Of a DNA stretch of 64,000 bases, positions 52,221 to 61,992 are shown one piece after another. The stretch is from an uncultured Candidatus Saccharibacteria bacterium (GTDB lineage Bacteria; Patescibacteriota; 4484-211; JAGQKX01): assembly GCA_964392315.1 (NCBI GenBank), contig CAYMOT010000004.1:1981-65980 (forward strand). The letters are read 5' to 3'. Every line of letters starts with the position of its first letter. Position 1 is the first letter of the stretch. Both the position numbers and the translations under genes were made by a program. Below the pieces are notes generated by a model, which had not been told where the DNA came from, searched no databases, and was given only the letters and a program-made list of their open reading frames with translations.

Positions 52221-53105
52221 ATGGATATAGAAAGCAAAATAACCACCAAGGCAGGAACCGTGACGCTAGCTGGAAGACCGAATGTGGGCAAGTCCACCCT
52301 TCTAAATAACATTATTGGTATAAAAGTCGCGATTACCACTCCGAAGCCGCAAACAACACGGTTTCCTATTAAGGCAGTATTTAACGATGAACGAGGGCAA
52401 ATTCTTTTTACAGATACTCCAGGCATATTCGCCAAGCATGAGGATCAGCTCTCTGCAACCATTTCGCGCCTTTCGACGCAGTCGCTCCATGAGACATGTG
52501 ATCTGATCGTGTATATGGTTGATATCACTCGTACGAGAGGGCTTGAAGAAAACAGAATTCTCGGTCTCATTCGGAATATCGACGTGGCAAAAATATTAGT
52601 ATTTAACAAAATAGATGCGGCAAGCACGCAATATTGGTACGAATATGCCTACCTTCGAGATGAGTTTGAGCATGTCGTGGAAATATCAGCAAAAGAAGGG
52701 ACGAATGTAAGTCTTCTCATAGATACGATCTTTACGCTACTTCCAACTGGGGAGCCAATCATCCCTGCAGACGAGCTGGTGACGCCGTTAGTGAATATAG
52801 ACAGACGGATGTACATTGAAGAATTAATTCGTGAGAAAGCTTTCCTCAATTTACGGCAAGAAATACCGTACTCCTTGACGGTTCGAGTAAATGAAATGGT
52901 CGATAAGGACACCGATTTATTTATAACAGCGGATATTATTACCTCTTCGAGCCGCTATAAAGGGTTTATTATCGGCAAGGGTGGATCAGTGATTAAGCAA
53001 ATTGGCATAGCGGTTCGAAAGGAGCTAGAAACAGTGACAAACCGCAAAGTACACATTACTTTAGAAGTTGTGGTTGATAAACATTGGGTAGAGCAGTGGG
53101 GGTAG
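52221..53105 (+). CDS. era: GTPase Era.
   Basis: G1 'GRPNVGKSTLLN', G3 'DTPG', G4 'NKID' and C-terminal KH domain 'FIIGKGGSVIKQIG'. Confidence 0.85.
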   Translation: MDIESKITTKAGTVTLAGRPNVGKSTLLNNIIGIKVAITTPKPQTTRFPIKAVFNDERGQILFTDTPGIFAKHEDQLSATISRLSTQSLHETCDLIVYMVDITRTRGLEENRILGLIRNIDVAKILVFNKIDAASTQYWYEYAYLRDEFEHVVEISAKEGTNVSLLIDTIFTLLPTGEPIIPADELVTPLVNIDRRMYIEELIREKAFLNLRQEIPYSLTVRVNEMVDKDTDLFITADIITSSSRYKGFIIGKGGSVIKQIGIAVRKELETVTNRKVHITLEVVVDKHWVEQWG

Positions 53106-53159
53106 GAGGGTAATTGCAAATAAGCAAAGGAAGAATTAGTATTAACTTTGCATAGGTCT

Positions 53160-53633
53160 TTATTTTGTCTCACGGACCTCGATCTTATCTCCTACCTTTA
53201 CATTATGCGAGGCGGTCCAGCCAGCATTCACTTCGAGTACTGCAGAAACTGCCTTAGGCGGACGATATGTATTTTGAGGTGCGCTGGGGTTATCAGGTAC
53301 GGGAACATTCTCCTCAATTGCGATTATTTCATTGTCTCGTATCCATATAATGTCCAAGGGAAACCTCATTTCGTACATCCAGAAAGATGGAAGAGCGAGT
53401 GTTTCATACACAAACAGCATTCCGGTATTTTGATCCAGCGAGGAGCGGTATGAAAGTCCAGAGTTTTGTTGTTGATCAGTCTGTGCAATTTCGACCGCAA
53501 TGGTAGTGTCGTTTACGGTAAGAATGCCAGTGCCAAGCGAGGGTTCAGTGGTAAAGCGATGGTATATGAAATATGCTCCGATTGATACTAAACCGATGCA
53601 AGTAATAAGTACAAATAGTATTACTTTCTTCAT
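53160..53633 (-). CDS. DUF192 domain protein (secreted or membrane-anchored).
   Basis: Signal/TM N-terminus, 'LSYRSSLDQNTGMLFVY' and 'FPLDIIWIRDNEIIAIEENVPVP' fit DUF192. Confidence 0.5.
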   Translation of the reverse strand: MKKVILFVLITCIGLVSIGAYFIYHRFTTEPSLGTGILTVNDTTIAVEIAQTDQQQNSGLSYRSSLDQNTGMLFVYETLALPSFWMYEMRFPLDIIWIRDNEIIAIEENVPVPDNPSAPQNTYRPPKAVSAVLEVNAGWTASHNVKVGDKIEVRETK

Positions 53634-53659
53634 AGCAAATATTGTAGCTCAAATGTTTA

Positions 53660-54019
53660 TTAAGGCCTACTTTTTATTGCGTTCGTCACATAACATTCAC
53701 AAGGTTTGTTTCTTAGAAGCTCTTCCTGTTCTTTTAGTGTTTGAAGCAATTTATCTTGTATGTCGGACCCTGTGGCCAATTCTTTCGCCAGGGGGGAGTT
53801 ATGTGTATAACCGCGTTTTGTAATCTCTGCAACGAGCATTTCATGTCGTATAAACAAAGCCTTCAATTTGCCAATCCATCGTAGAGTTTCTGGGTGTTGA
53901 GCATAACCACCTTTACCCTTATGTAGAGTTAAAATGTTCCACAAACCATGTAATTCACGGTGTTCACCAAGTAGGTGTTGCCGGCAAAGATCTTGTGGAG
54001 GAATGTCCCAAACACGCAT
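53660..54019 (-). CDS. Pyrimidine dimer DNA glycosylase (T4 endonuclease V / DenV-like family).
   Basis: 'MRVWDIPPQDLCRQHLLGEHRELHGLW' parallels T4 endoV '[27 protein letters not shown]'. 119 aa. Confidence 0.55.
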   Translation of the reverse strand: MRVWDIPPQDLCRQHLLGEHRELHGLWNILTLHKGKGGYAQHPETLRWIGKLKALFIRHEMLVAEITKRGYTHNSPLAKELATGSDIQDKLLQTLKEQEELLRNKPCECYVTNAIKSRP

Positions 54020-54030
54020 AAAAGATTCTT

Positions 54031-54107
54031 TGGTGGTCGGTACGGGATTTGAACCCGTGTTACTGGGATGAAAACCCAGCGTCCTGGACCAGGCTAGACG
54101 AACCGAC
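54031..54107 (-). tRNA. tRNA-Glu (anticodon TTC), CCA encoded.
   Basis: Reverse complement reads GGTCGGT-TC-GTCT-AGCCTGGTCC-AGGAC-G-CTGGG-TTTTCAT-CCCAG-TAAC-ACGGG-TTCAAAT-CCCGT-ACCGACC-A-CCA. Anticodon loop TT-TTC-AT. Confidence 0.75.
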
Positions 54108-54146
54108 CGTAGAGCAGGATTATAGCATATGAATACGTTCTACTAC

Positions 54147-54196
54147 ATGAAAATCCGCCAGAATACAGAGGCAACAATGTATTGCTGGCGGATTCA
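54147..54196 (-). terminator. Rho-independent terminator downstream of the acidic-protein gene: 10-bp perfect stem AATCCGCCAG...CTGGCGGATT followed by a T-run on the minus strand.
   Basis: Perfect inverted repeat 54151-54161 / 54185-54194. The minus-strand transcript would end GAATCCGCCAG...CUGGCGGAUUUUCAU. Confidence 0.45.
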
Positions 54197-54220
54197 GAGG
54201 AATATATAAAAATTTCAACC

Positions 54221-54484
54221 TTACTCTCCGTAACCAGATGTACCATTAGGATCCATTTCTAAATCATCATTCCCGGGAAGAGCATCGCCATCAGAATCAG
54301 CGTCATCTAATGGAGCAACGTCTTCTTCATCCTCCCAATCATCCTCTTCATCGTCCCATTCTTCATCTAACTCCTCCTCATCGAGGTCTTCTTCCTCATC
54401 CATTGGGAGAGCCGTATCATCGGCAGCTGCATCATCCATATCGTCATCAAAATATACTGTATATGTATTCATTCGATAAGACAC
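54221..54484 (-). CDS. Highly acidic 87-aa protein (about 50% Asp/Glu). Function unknown.
   Basis: 'MSYRMNTYTVYFDDDMDDAAADDTALPMDEEEDLDEEELDEEWDDEEDDWEDEEDVAPLDDADSDGDALPGNDDLEMD'. Own terminator downstream. Confidence 0.4.
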   Translation of the reverse strand: MSYRMNTYTVYFDDDMDDAAADDTALPMDEEEDLDEEELDEEWDDEEDDWEDEEDVAPLDDADSDGDALPGNDDLEMDPNGTSGYGE

Positions 54485-54544
54485 CTCCTTTTACTACCTA
54501 AAAAGGTTACTTTCTTTTCACTGTATATTAGAATAGGTATTACC

Positions 54545-55033
54545 ATGTCAAGGGTGATTTTGGGTATTGATCCCGGGATAGCAATTGTTGGTTTTGGGCT
54601 TTTAGAAGTCGAGTCTCGCGAAAAGCAGAAAGTATTAGACGTTGGAGTGATTACCACACCATCACATCTTTCAACGTCTGATAGGTTGTGTTTAATTAGC
54701 GAGAAGATGTCAAAATTGGCAACAGCGTATCGTCCAAATCTTGCTGCAGTTGAGAAATTGTATTTCGGCAAAAATGCAAAAACAGCTTTTACGGTAGGAG
54801 AGGCACGTGGGGTAATTTTATTGACACTCGCACAAAACAGCATTCCGCTTATTGAATTCACTCCGCTGGAGGTAAAAATGGCGATTACTGGTTATGGACG
54901 TGCTGATAAACAACAGATGCAACGGATGGTACAAGCTTTGCTTAGCTTAAAAGAAGTTCCTAAGCCTGATGATGCAGCGGATGCCCTGGCAGTTGCGCTT
55001 ACCGCGTCCGTGATGAATGTTATAAATAAATAA
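54545..55033 (+). CDS. ruvC: Holliday junction resolvase RuvC.
   Basis: 'ILGIDPGIAIVGFGL' RNase H-like N-terminus, with catalytic Asp/Glu residues in the expected positions. Confidence 0.85.
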   Translation: MSRVILGIDPGIAIVGFGLLEVESREKQKVLDVGVITTPSHLSTSDRLCLISEKMSKLATAYRPNLAAVEKLYFGKNAKTAFTVGEARGVILLTLAQNSIPLIEFTPLEVKMAITGYGRADKQQMQRMVQALLSLKEVPKPDDAADALAVALTASVMNVINK

Positions 55034-55098
55034 TCAAATAAACAAATATACAAATTAGCATTTGCTTACTTGTATTATTTGATTATTATGAATTTCTC

Positions 55099-55662
55099 AT
55101 GCTCAGCTATATTGAGGGAACAATAAAACGAGTGTATACAAATTCGATACTCGTGGTAACGCATGGTTTAGGGTATCGGATCATGCCCTGCAAGCCACCA
55201 TTTTCGTATAAAGAAGGACAAGAAATGACTTTACTTCTCCGTTCATTCATAAAAGATGATCATATAGAGATGTATGGATTTGGAAATGATGAAGAAGTTA
55301 CCTACTTTGAGTACCTTACTGAAGTAACAGGGGTGGGTCCAAAAAGTGCCATCAATATTTTGCGGGTTCTATCACCTCATGACATTGAAAAAGCTGCACG
55401 TGCAGGTGATGTAGAAATATTTCAGAAAGTGCCTGGTATAGGTAAAAAGGTGGCATCACGGTTAGTACTTGAGTTGCAATCTAAGTTTCAAAACGAGGTA
55501 TCACTGCACGCACTATCCAGTAACAATGCCTCCCCTGAACTTATTAAAGCGCTCCGGTCACTGGGATACTCTCAGCAGGAGGCAATAGAAATGGTTCATG
55601 ACGTACCGAAAGATCTTACGCTTGAGGAACAACTGCAATACACCCTCAAATCATATGGATGA
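55099..55662 (+). CDS. ruvA: Holliday junction DNA helicase RuvA.
   Basis: OB-fold N-terminus, tandem HhH ('GVGPKSAINIL', 'VPGIGKKVASRLVLEL') and C-terminal domain III. Confidence 0.8.
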   Translation: MLSYIEGTIKRVYTNSILVVTHGLGYRIMPCKPPFSYKEGQEMTLLLRSFIKDDHIEMYGFGNDEEVTYFEYLTEVTGVGPKSAINILRVLSPHDIEKAARAGDVEIFQKVPGIGKKVASRLVLELQSKFQNEVSLHALSSNNASPELIKALRSLGYSQQEAIEMVHDVPKDLTLEEQLQYTLKSYG

Positions 55663-56671
55663 ATTTACTAACCCACATAGTATCAGCGAAACCGAAGCAA
55701 CGTTTGATCTTACATTTCGGCCGGAGAGTATTGATGAATATTTTATGGAAGGCCGGGTAAAGCCAGATTTTTATGAAAGCCTCAGAGTGTTTTTACATGC
55801 CGCCCGCGACCGGAATGAAGCATTGGAGCATGTGCTTTTTTTTGGACCACCTGGCTTAGGAAAAACTACGCTTGCGTATATATTAGCAAAAGAATTACAG
55901 AGCGAGGTCAAAATAACGTCAGGACCAGCAATTGAGCGTGCCGGAGACTTAATATCCATTCTCACCAACCTAAAAGATCGGGACATACTTTTTATTGACG
56001 AGATCCACAGGCTGAATAAAGTAATCGAAGAGACTATGTATCCGGCTATGGAAAATTACAACATAGACATTGTTTTGGGAAAAGGCCCATCTGCTCGGAG
56101 TGTGCGTTTGAATTTGCCAAAGGTTACCATAGTCGGTGCAACGACAAAAATTGGGAGTATGAGTGCACCACTGAGAGACCGGTTCGGGATGCATTATCGG
56201 CTCGAATTTTATTCCCCAGATGAATTAGAACAGATTGTAAAGCGTTCTGCGAAGCTTATGGGCATGCAGATTACATCCGATGCCTGTACACAGATAGCAT
56301 GGCGATCGCGCGGAACGCCGCGCCTTGCAAATCGTTTGCTGCGTCGAGTTCGTGACTTTGCTCAGATACATCAAGCATCACCTATTACCGAGAAGGTGAT
56401 AAATCGTGCATTAGATATGCTTCAAATAGATTTGAAAGGATTAAACGCACAAGACCGAATGTATCTCACTAATTTGGCGGTGAAATTTAATGGTGGGCCG
56501 GTTGGATTGGAAACTATCGCAGCGTCAATCAGCGAAGACAAAAATACAATAGAGGAAGTTGTAGAGCCATATTTGTTACAAACAGGCTATATTCAAAGAA
56601 CCCAAAGAGGGAGAGTGCTTACACCACAGGGGTACTTACATATTGGAATTAAACCACCTGAAAACGGATAA
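55655..56671 (+). CDS. ruvB: Holliday junction branch-migration ATPase RuvB.
   Basis: 'FRPESIDEYFMEGRV', Walker A 'GPPGLGKTTLA', Walker B 'ILFIDEIHRL' and winged-helix C-terminus. ATG 55655 overlaps the ruvA stop by 8 bp. Confidence 0.85.
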   Translation: MDEFTNPHSISETEATFDLTFRPESIDEYFMEGRVKPDFYESLRVFLHAARDRNEALEHVLFFGPPGLGKTTLAYILAKELQSEVKITSGPAIERAGDLISILTNLKDRDILFIDEIHRLNKVIEETMYPAMENYNIDIVLGKGPSARSVRLNLPKVTIVGATTKIGSMSAPLRDRFGMHYRLEFYSPDELEQIVKRSAKLMGMQITSDACTQIAWRSRGTPRLANRLLRRVRDFAQIHQASPITEKVINRALDMLQIDLKGLNAQDRMYLTNLAVKFNGGPVGLETIAASISEDKNTIEEVVEPYLLQTGYIQRTQRGRVLTPQGYLHIGIKPPENG

Positions 56672-56719
56672 ACCATGTAGTTGGCGCCATATCGAAAATA
56701 GGCTATAATAGGCACGAAC

Positions 56720-57463
56720 ATGTCAATCGCTCCAGAAGAAGTATCCAGTCAGCGGCATCTAACCTTCGATATTGTTACTGCATTTCCCGGTATGTTTACC
56801 GGCGTATTTGAGGAGTCAATTATCCAGCGCGCACAAAAAGAGAAAATAATAAAGATTCATGTACACGACTTGAGAAAGTGGGCAAAAGACAAGCATAAGA
56901 CAATAGATGATTCTCCCTATGGAGGTGGAGATGGCATGGTTTTGAAGCCTGAACCAGTGTTTAAAGCAATACAAGAGTTAAAGCAGAAGTTTGCAGAAAA
57001 GCATGGTCCAAAAATCGTACAACATGTTATTTTACTTTCTCCAAAGGGTACACCATATAATTTTCGTATCGCAGAAAAGCTTTCACACCTCGATCATATT
57101 ATCCTCATTTGTGGTCACTATGAAGATGTTGATCACCGTATCTTTGAGTATATTGCAGATGAACAATTGTCTATTGGCGAATACATACTAACCGGTGGGG
57201 AAATACCTGCGATGGTGGTTGTAGATTCAGTAACGCGCCTCGTCCCGGGTGTTTTAGGCAACAAAGCATCGATCGAAGAAGAGACATTTTCGTTTACTAG
57301 GCAAGGACTACTGAAGTATCCTGTATATACGAGGCCAGAAGAGTATGAGGGGTATAAAGTACCAGAAGTGTTGTTATCAGGGGACCATGCTGCTGTAGAC
57401 ACCTGGCGTAAGGAGCAAGCAGAAAAGCTTACTAAACGAATGCGTCCAGATTTGTTAAAGTGA
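56720..57463 (+). CDS. trmD: tRNA (guanine37-N1)-methyltransferase TrmD.
   Basis: SPOUT knot motifs 'FDIVTAFPGMF...' and 'DDSPYGGGDGMVLKPEP', 'ILICGHYEDVDHRI'. Confidence 0.85.
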   Translation: MSIAPEEVSSQRHLTFDIVTAFPGMFTGVFEESIIQRAQKEKIIKIHVHDLRKWAKDKHKTIDDSPYGGGDGMVLKPEPVFKAIQELKQKFAEKHGPKIVQHVILLSPKGTPYNFRIAEKLSHLDHIILICGHYEDVDHRIFEYIADEQLSIGEYILTGGEIPAMVVVDSVTRLVPGVLGNKASIEEETFSFTRQGLLKYPVYTRPEEYEGYKVPEVLLSGDHAAVDTWRKEQAEKLTKRMRPDLLK

Positions 57464-57468
57464 TCTCC

Positions 57469-57504
57469 TTGACACTTCAGATTTGCCTGCGCTATCTTAA
57501 TAAA
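57469..57504 (+). promoter_or_regulatory. Candidate promoter for ppsA: -35 TTGACA (57469-57474), 18-bp spacer, -10 TATCTT.
   Basis: Consensus -35 with a weak -10, in the 50-bp trmD-ppsA intergenic region. Low confidence. Confidence 0.25.
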
Positions 57505-57514
57505 AGATCATACA

Positions 57515-59863
57515 TTGCCCATGTCTAATAATTCGACGTATATTAAATTCTTTGAAGAAATTTCAAAAAAAGACATCCCTGAGGTAGGAGGAAAGGGTGC
57601 TAATTTGGGTGAAATGACTCAAGCGGGTCTTCCGGTACCCCCTGGGTTTTGTGTTACGTCAAACGCGTTCCAACAATTTCTTAAAAAGTCGAAATTAGCT
57701 CCGGTTATTAAAGAAACATTAAAAAATCTTGATGTTTACGATACCACCGCACTCAATAGTGCAGCGGAAACGATTCAAAGTGCGGTACTTAAGGCATCTC
57801 TTCCCTCAGATATAGAATCAGCGATCAAAACAGCCTACAAGAAGCTTTCGCAAAAAGGTGATGCATTTGTCGCGGTACGCTCATCAGCTACTGCTGAAGA
57901 TCTTCCGGGAGCATCATTTGCGGGGCAACAAGAGACCTACCTTGATGTCCGTGGCGTTAAAGACGTACTGGAAACGGTTCAAATGGCGTGGGCTTCGTTG
58001 TTTGAAGCTCGAGCTATTTTCTATCGAGTTGAGAAGGGGTTTGATCATTTGGCAGTCAGCATCGCAGTTCCTGTTCAACGCATGGTGCAATCGGAGGTGA
58101 GTGGTGTAATGTTCACCATAGATCCACTTACTAACGATAGAGATAAAATTGCGATAGAGGCAATATATGGCCTTGGGGACGCACTCGTAGGTGGAGAGGT
58201 AACACCTGATCAATATATCTTTAGCAAATCAACCGGCCAAGTAGAAACGATTCATGTTGTAACCCAGAAGACAATGTTGGGGTACTCCCCCTCCGCACGC
58301 TCAGAAGAAAAAGTTGCTGAGATACCTGTTTCTTCTGAGTACCAGAAGAAGCAAAAGCTCACGAACGAACAAATTGTTGCACTTGCGCATCTCGGTGAAG
58401 CAGTAGAGGAACATTATAAATATCCACAGGATATAGAGTGGGCGTACGAGCATAAGAAATTCTATCTCGTACAAACTCGACCAGTAACGACTATTCCAAC
58501 TGATGAAAGTGATGGAGTATCAGCGGTACCTAGGCCTTCTTTGGCTGAGCATGAAGCGATTAGTGAGCCAAAATTGTTATCTGGATTAGCAGCGAGTCCC
58601 GGAATTGCTTCGGGCAAGGTGAAAGTCATCCACTCTGCTAAGGAGATAAAGAAAGTAGATGAAGGTGATGTACTGGTAACAGAGATGACGACCCCTGACT
58701 TTGTTCCCGCAATGCGAAAAGCGGTAGCTATCGTAACAGATAGCGGAGGAAGGACATCGCACGCAGCAATTGTATCCCGTGAGTTAGGTATTCCAGCTGT
58801 TGTAGGCACTCAACTTGCCACGAAAAACCTTCGAAATGGAGAGGTGATTACGGTAGACGGTTCCGTAGGAGCGGTGTATGAAGGTGACATTGCAGCGAAA
58901 TTGCAAACCGCCACCATGCCCGAACAACCGGCATCAGTTCAATCAACAATACAAACTACTCGGCCCATTATGTCAACAAAAACTGCTACCAAATTGTATG
59001 TTAACCTTGGCGAGCCTGATTTGGCTGAAGATGTAGCAAACATGGATGTAGATGGTGTAGGGCTTCTCCGTGCCGAGTTCATAATTGCACAGATTGGTGT
59101 ACATCCTCGATATGCGCTTGAGAAAGGCAAAAGAAGTGATTATATCGACAAGCTTGCTGATGGACTAATGACGTTTGCTCGGGCTTTTGGGGTTCGCCCA
59201 GTCGTATATAGAACAACTGATTTTCGAACGAACGAATATCGTAACCTAAAAGGTGGCGAGGAGTTTGAAAAACATGAAGAGAATCCGATGATTGGTTTTA
59301 GGGGGGTGTCGCGTTACCTCGCTGACGAAGAAGTTTTTAGTATGGAATTAGAAGCGATAAAGAAGGTGAGACGCTATCATAAGAATTTGCAACTCATGCT
59401 CCCGTTTGTCCGTACACCCGAAGAGCTTGTGCGAGTCAAGAAAATAATGGCCGATCATGACCTGTACCGAGGTGGTTCATTCAAAATATGGATTATGGTA
59501 GAGGTACCAAGCACAGTATTTTTGCTCGAGAAATTTATTGGTGTTGGGATAGATGGTGTTTCTATAGGTAGCAATGATCTTACACAGCTCATACTTGGTG
59601 TTGACCGGGATAATGAGAAATTAAGTTCGCTCTTTGATGAAAGAAATGAGGCGGTAATGCATGCAATGAAGCATGTAGTGAAAGTATGTACAAAACACGG
59701 TATAACATCGTCCATTTGCGGACAGGCGCCAAGTGTTTATCCAGAAATTACACATGAGCTTGTACACGCAGGCGTCACCTCTGTATCAGTAAGTCCAGAT
59801 ATGGTTGAAACAACAAGAAAGATAATTGCTGAGGCAGAATTCTCACTAGTGAAAAACAGGTAG
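57515..59863 (+). CDS. ppsA: Phosphoenolpyruvate synthase (pyruvate, water dikinase).
   Basis: N-terminal ATP-grasp, central phospho-His domain 'GGRTSHAAIVSRELGIPAVVG' and C-terminal PEP-utilizing TIM barrel. 782 aa. Confidence 0.8.
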   Translation: MPMSNNSTYIKFFEEISKKDIPEVGGKGANLGEMTQAGLPVPPGFCVTSNAFQQFLKKSKLAPVIKETLKNLDVYDTTALNSAAETIQSAVLKASLPSDIESAIKTAYKKLSQKGDAFVAVRSSATAEDLPGASFAGQQETYLDVRGVKDVLETVQMAWASLFEARAIFYRVEKGFDHLAVSIAVPVQRMVQSEVSGVMFTIDPLTNDRDKIAIEAIYGLGDALVGGEVTPDQYIFSKSTGQVETIHVVTQKTMLGYSPSARSEEKVAEIPVSSEYQKKQKLTNEQIVALAHLGEAVEEHYKYPQDIEWAYEHKKFYLVQTRPVTTIPTDESDGVSAVPRPSLAEHEAISEPKLLSGLAASPGIASGKVKVIHSAKEIKKVDEGDVLVTEMTTPDFVPAMRKAVAIVTDSGGRTSHAAIVSRELGIPAVVGTQLATKNLRNGEVITVDGSVGAVYEGDIAAKLQTATMPEQPASVQSTIQTTRPIMSTKTATKLYVNLGEPDLAEDVANMDVDGVGLLRAEFIIAQIGVHPRYALEKGKRSDYIDKLADGLMTFARAFGVRPVVYRTTDFRTNEYRNLKGGEEFEKHEENPMIGFRGVSRYLADEEVFSMELEAIKKVRRYHKNLQLMLPFVRTPEELVRVKKIMADHDLYRGGSFKIWIMVEVPSTVFLLEKFIGVGIDGVSIGSNDLTQLILGVDRDNEKLSSLFDERNEAVMHAMKHVVKVCTKHGITSSICGQAPSVYPEITHELVHAGVTSVSVSPDMVETTRKIIAEAEFSLVKNR

Positions 59864-59919
59864 TGGGTTTATAGTGCCTTGCGTAATTAGTAGAAATCCG
59901 GTATTTTTATAGTAAAGCT

Positions 59920-60333
59920 ATGGCAGCAACTATTCTTATTATAGAAGACGATTATTTTATTCGTGAGTTATATGAACGACAGCTCAATAAGAGGGGGTAC
60001 AACGTTGTATCTGCTGCTGATGGGGCTGAAGGATTAGTAAAGGCGGCAGAAGTGTCTCCAAATTTGATTCTGCTTGATATTATGCTGCCGAAACTCAATG
60101 GATTAGATCTTCTTGGTACACTCAAAGCAAAGCCTGAGACACAATCAATTCCGGTCGTACTGCTCACAAACCTTGGGCAAGAAAGTGTGATCAAGGAAGG
60201 GTTTAAGTTAGGAGCTAAAGGATATCTTATTAAGTCTGCGTATACACCAGAGCAAATTATTAATGAAGTGGAAAGTTTTCTCAGTGAAGGTTCTGACACC
60301 AGTACCCAAACTCCTCCAGTAACAAATTCTTAG
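59920..60333 (+). CDS. Single-domain response regulator (CheY-like receiver).
   Basis: 'ILIIEDDYFIRELYE...' with phospho-acceptor context 'LILLDIMLPKLNGLDLL' and conserved T/K positions. No output domain. Confidence 0.7.
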   Translation: MAATILIIEDDYFIRELYERQLNKRGYNVVSAADGAEGLVKAAEVSPNLILLDIMLPKLNGLDLLGTLKAKPETQSIPVVLLTNLGQESVIKEGFKLGAKGYLIKSAYTPEQIINEVESFLSEGSDTSTQTPPVTNS

Positions 60334-60380
60334 TGCTTAACCAAATTGCAGCGTAATACTATTGAATCTTCAAGGAATAG

Positions 60381-61667
60381 CTATACCTTATCGATGTAGT
60401 CCCAATTTCCTTCATTAACAATTTCAGTGAGACGATTGTATTTAGATGTATGTTCACCTCGAACAGGTGCGCCGGCTTTCAGGTAATCTGCACCAATTCC
60501 TACTGCTAAGTCGACAATAAACGAATCTGTTGTTTCTCCACTTCTTTGTGAGGCGATAAGGCCGACACCGTGATGCTTCGCAATTTTTGCGGTGCGAATT
60601 GCTTCAGTGATGGTGCCAACTTGGTTAGGTTTGATGATTACGTAATCTATTGCTTTGTCCTTTATCGCGGCGATGAGGCGGGCAGGATTAGTAGCGACGA
60701 GATCATCTGCAGCGATTGCTGCATTAAAAGTATGCATTATTGTCCGTAAATGAGCCCACGGAATCATATCGTGCGAAGGAAGCGGATCTTCGAGCATTTG
60801 CAGGGGATAGGTTTGTGAAAGTTGTTTATAAAATTCGACATTCGCCGCTGGGTTGAATCGATCGATTGAATCAGCAGCTACATCAAGTGCAAAAAATATA
60901 TCTTTCCCAATTGTGTGTCCTGCTTTCTTCACCGCTTTGGTAAGCAGGGTAAAAATTTGTTCCGAGTCTTTAAATTGGGCAGAAAATCCACCTTCGTCTC
61001 CGATAGCATAAAAGATCTCCTCTTCAATGAGCAATGCCTCAAGAGCATACGTGATTTCTGCAGCAATTCGTAGCTTTTCTTCAGTTTGAATAGTGTACAT
61101 CGGATAAATCAAAAATCCCTGATAAGGTATCGATGTTTTCGAGTGCTTCCCCGCATTTACCAGGTTAAATATGGGGGTGGGTAGTTGCGGTCGTTCTTTT
61201 TCTGGAAGAAGGATTGCGTCTTCATTGACAATATTTTTTGCGGGTGTTTTTACGAATAAATCGTTGATATAGCCCCATAAGGGCTTAATAATTGAAAGAG
61301 CGCCAGCTCGTGCAACGGCCATAGATACGGCAAGGGTGGCATTTCCTCCCAGATGGCCTTTATTGGGTGTTTGGTCTAGTGCTATGAGAAGTTTATCGAT
61401 GGTCTCTTGCTCTAGTGGGTTCATCTTTTTGAGGCGGGGAGAAATAATGTCATTTATGTTTTTCACTGCATGTTGGACACCCATGCCGTGAAACCGGGCT
61501 ACATCAGCGTCACGAAGCTCATACGCTTCATATACGCTGCGTGAAGTGCCCGATGGAACCGTTGCAGTTGCAAATCTTCCATCATTAAGATGAACTTTTG
61601 CTTCAATCGTTGGGATGCCTCGGCTGTCGAGAACTTCTCGTGCTTCGGCAAAGTCTATAAGAACCAT
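60381..61667 (-). CDS. Enolase-family protein, copy 2. Divergent paralog with His to Gln in the 'SHRSGET' motif (SQRSGET).
   Basis: 'REVLDSRGIPTIEAKVHLNDG', DEGGF, LDVAAD, LEDPL, ADDLV, 'IKPNQVGTITE' and 'ASQRSGETTDSFIVDLAVG'. 428 aa. Confidence 0.7.
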   Translation of the reverse strand: MVLIDFAEAREVLDSRGIPTIEAKVHLNDGRFATATVPSGTSRSVYEAYELRDADVARFHGMGVQHAVKNINDIISPRLKKMNPLEQETIDKLLIALDQTPNKGHLGGNATLAVSMAVARAGALSIIKPLWGYINDLFVKTPAKNIVNEDAILLPEKERPQLPTPIFNLVNAGKHSKTSIPYQGFLIYPMYTIQTEEKLRIAAEITYALEALLIEEEIFYAIGDEGGFSAQFKDSEQIFTLLTKAVKKAGHTIGKDIFFALDVAADSIDRFNPAANVEFYKQLSQTYPLQMLEDPLPSHDMIPWAHLRTIMHTFNAAIAADDLVATNPARLIAAIKDKAIDYVIIKPNQVGTITEAIRTAKIAKHHGVGLIASQRSGETTDSFIVDLAVGIGADYLKAGAPVRGEHTSKYNRLTEIVNEGNWDYIDKV

Positions 61668-61992
61668 AGGTATTTATAATTGTACGTATTTAAAACTCAG
61701 CACTTGCTTAGGAATATTTTCTCTTTCGCAATAATACCATGCTTGGTTTCTATAAATACAGGGGTTTAAATGATTAATGTAAAGAAACAAGAATTGATAC
61801 ATTTTCCAAGAAACTGCTGTGCTCGCTCAAAAATATATGAGCTGAATGAAATAAAGGGTATAAACACATATGTTCCTACCAAGACAGATAAACTGAGAAA
61901 TTTTAATCATTTTCTTCTGTGTTAATGCTGTGTTGTGCTCTATAGTTGATTGTGTTATATATCCTAATTTATACGCTCAAATAGAGTTGAGT

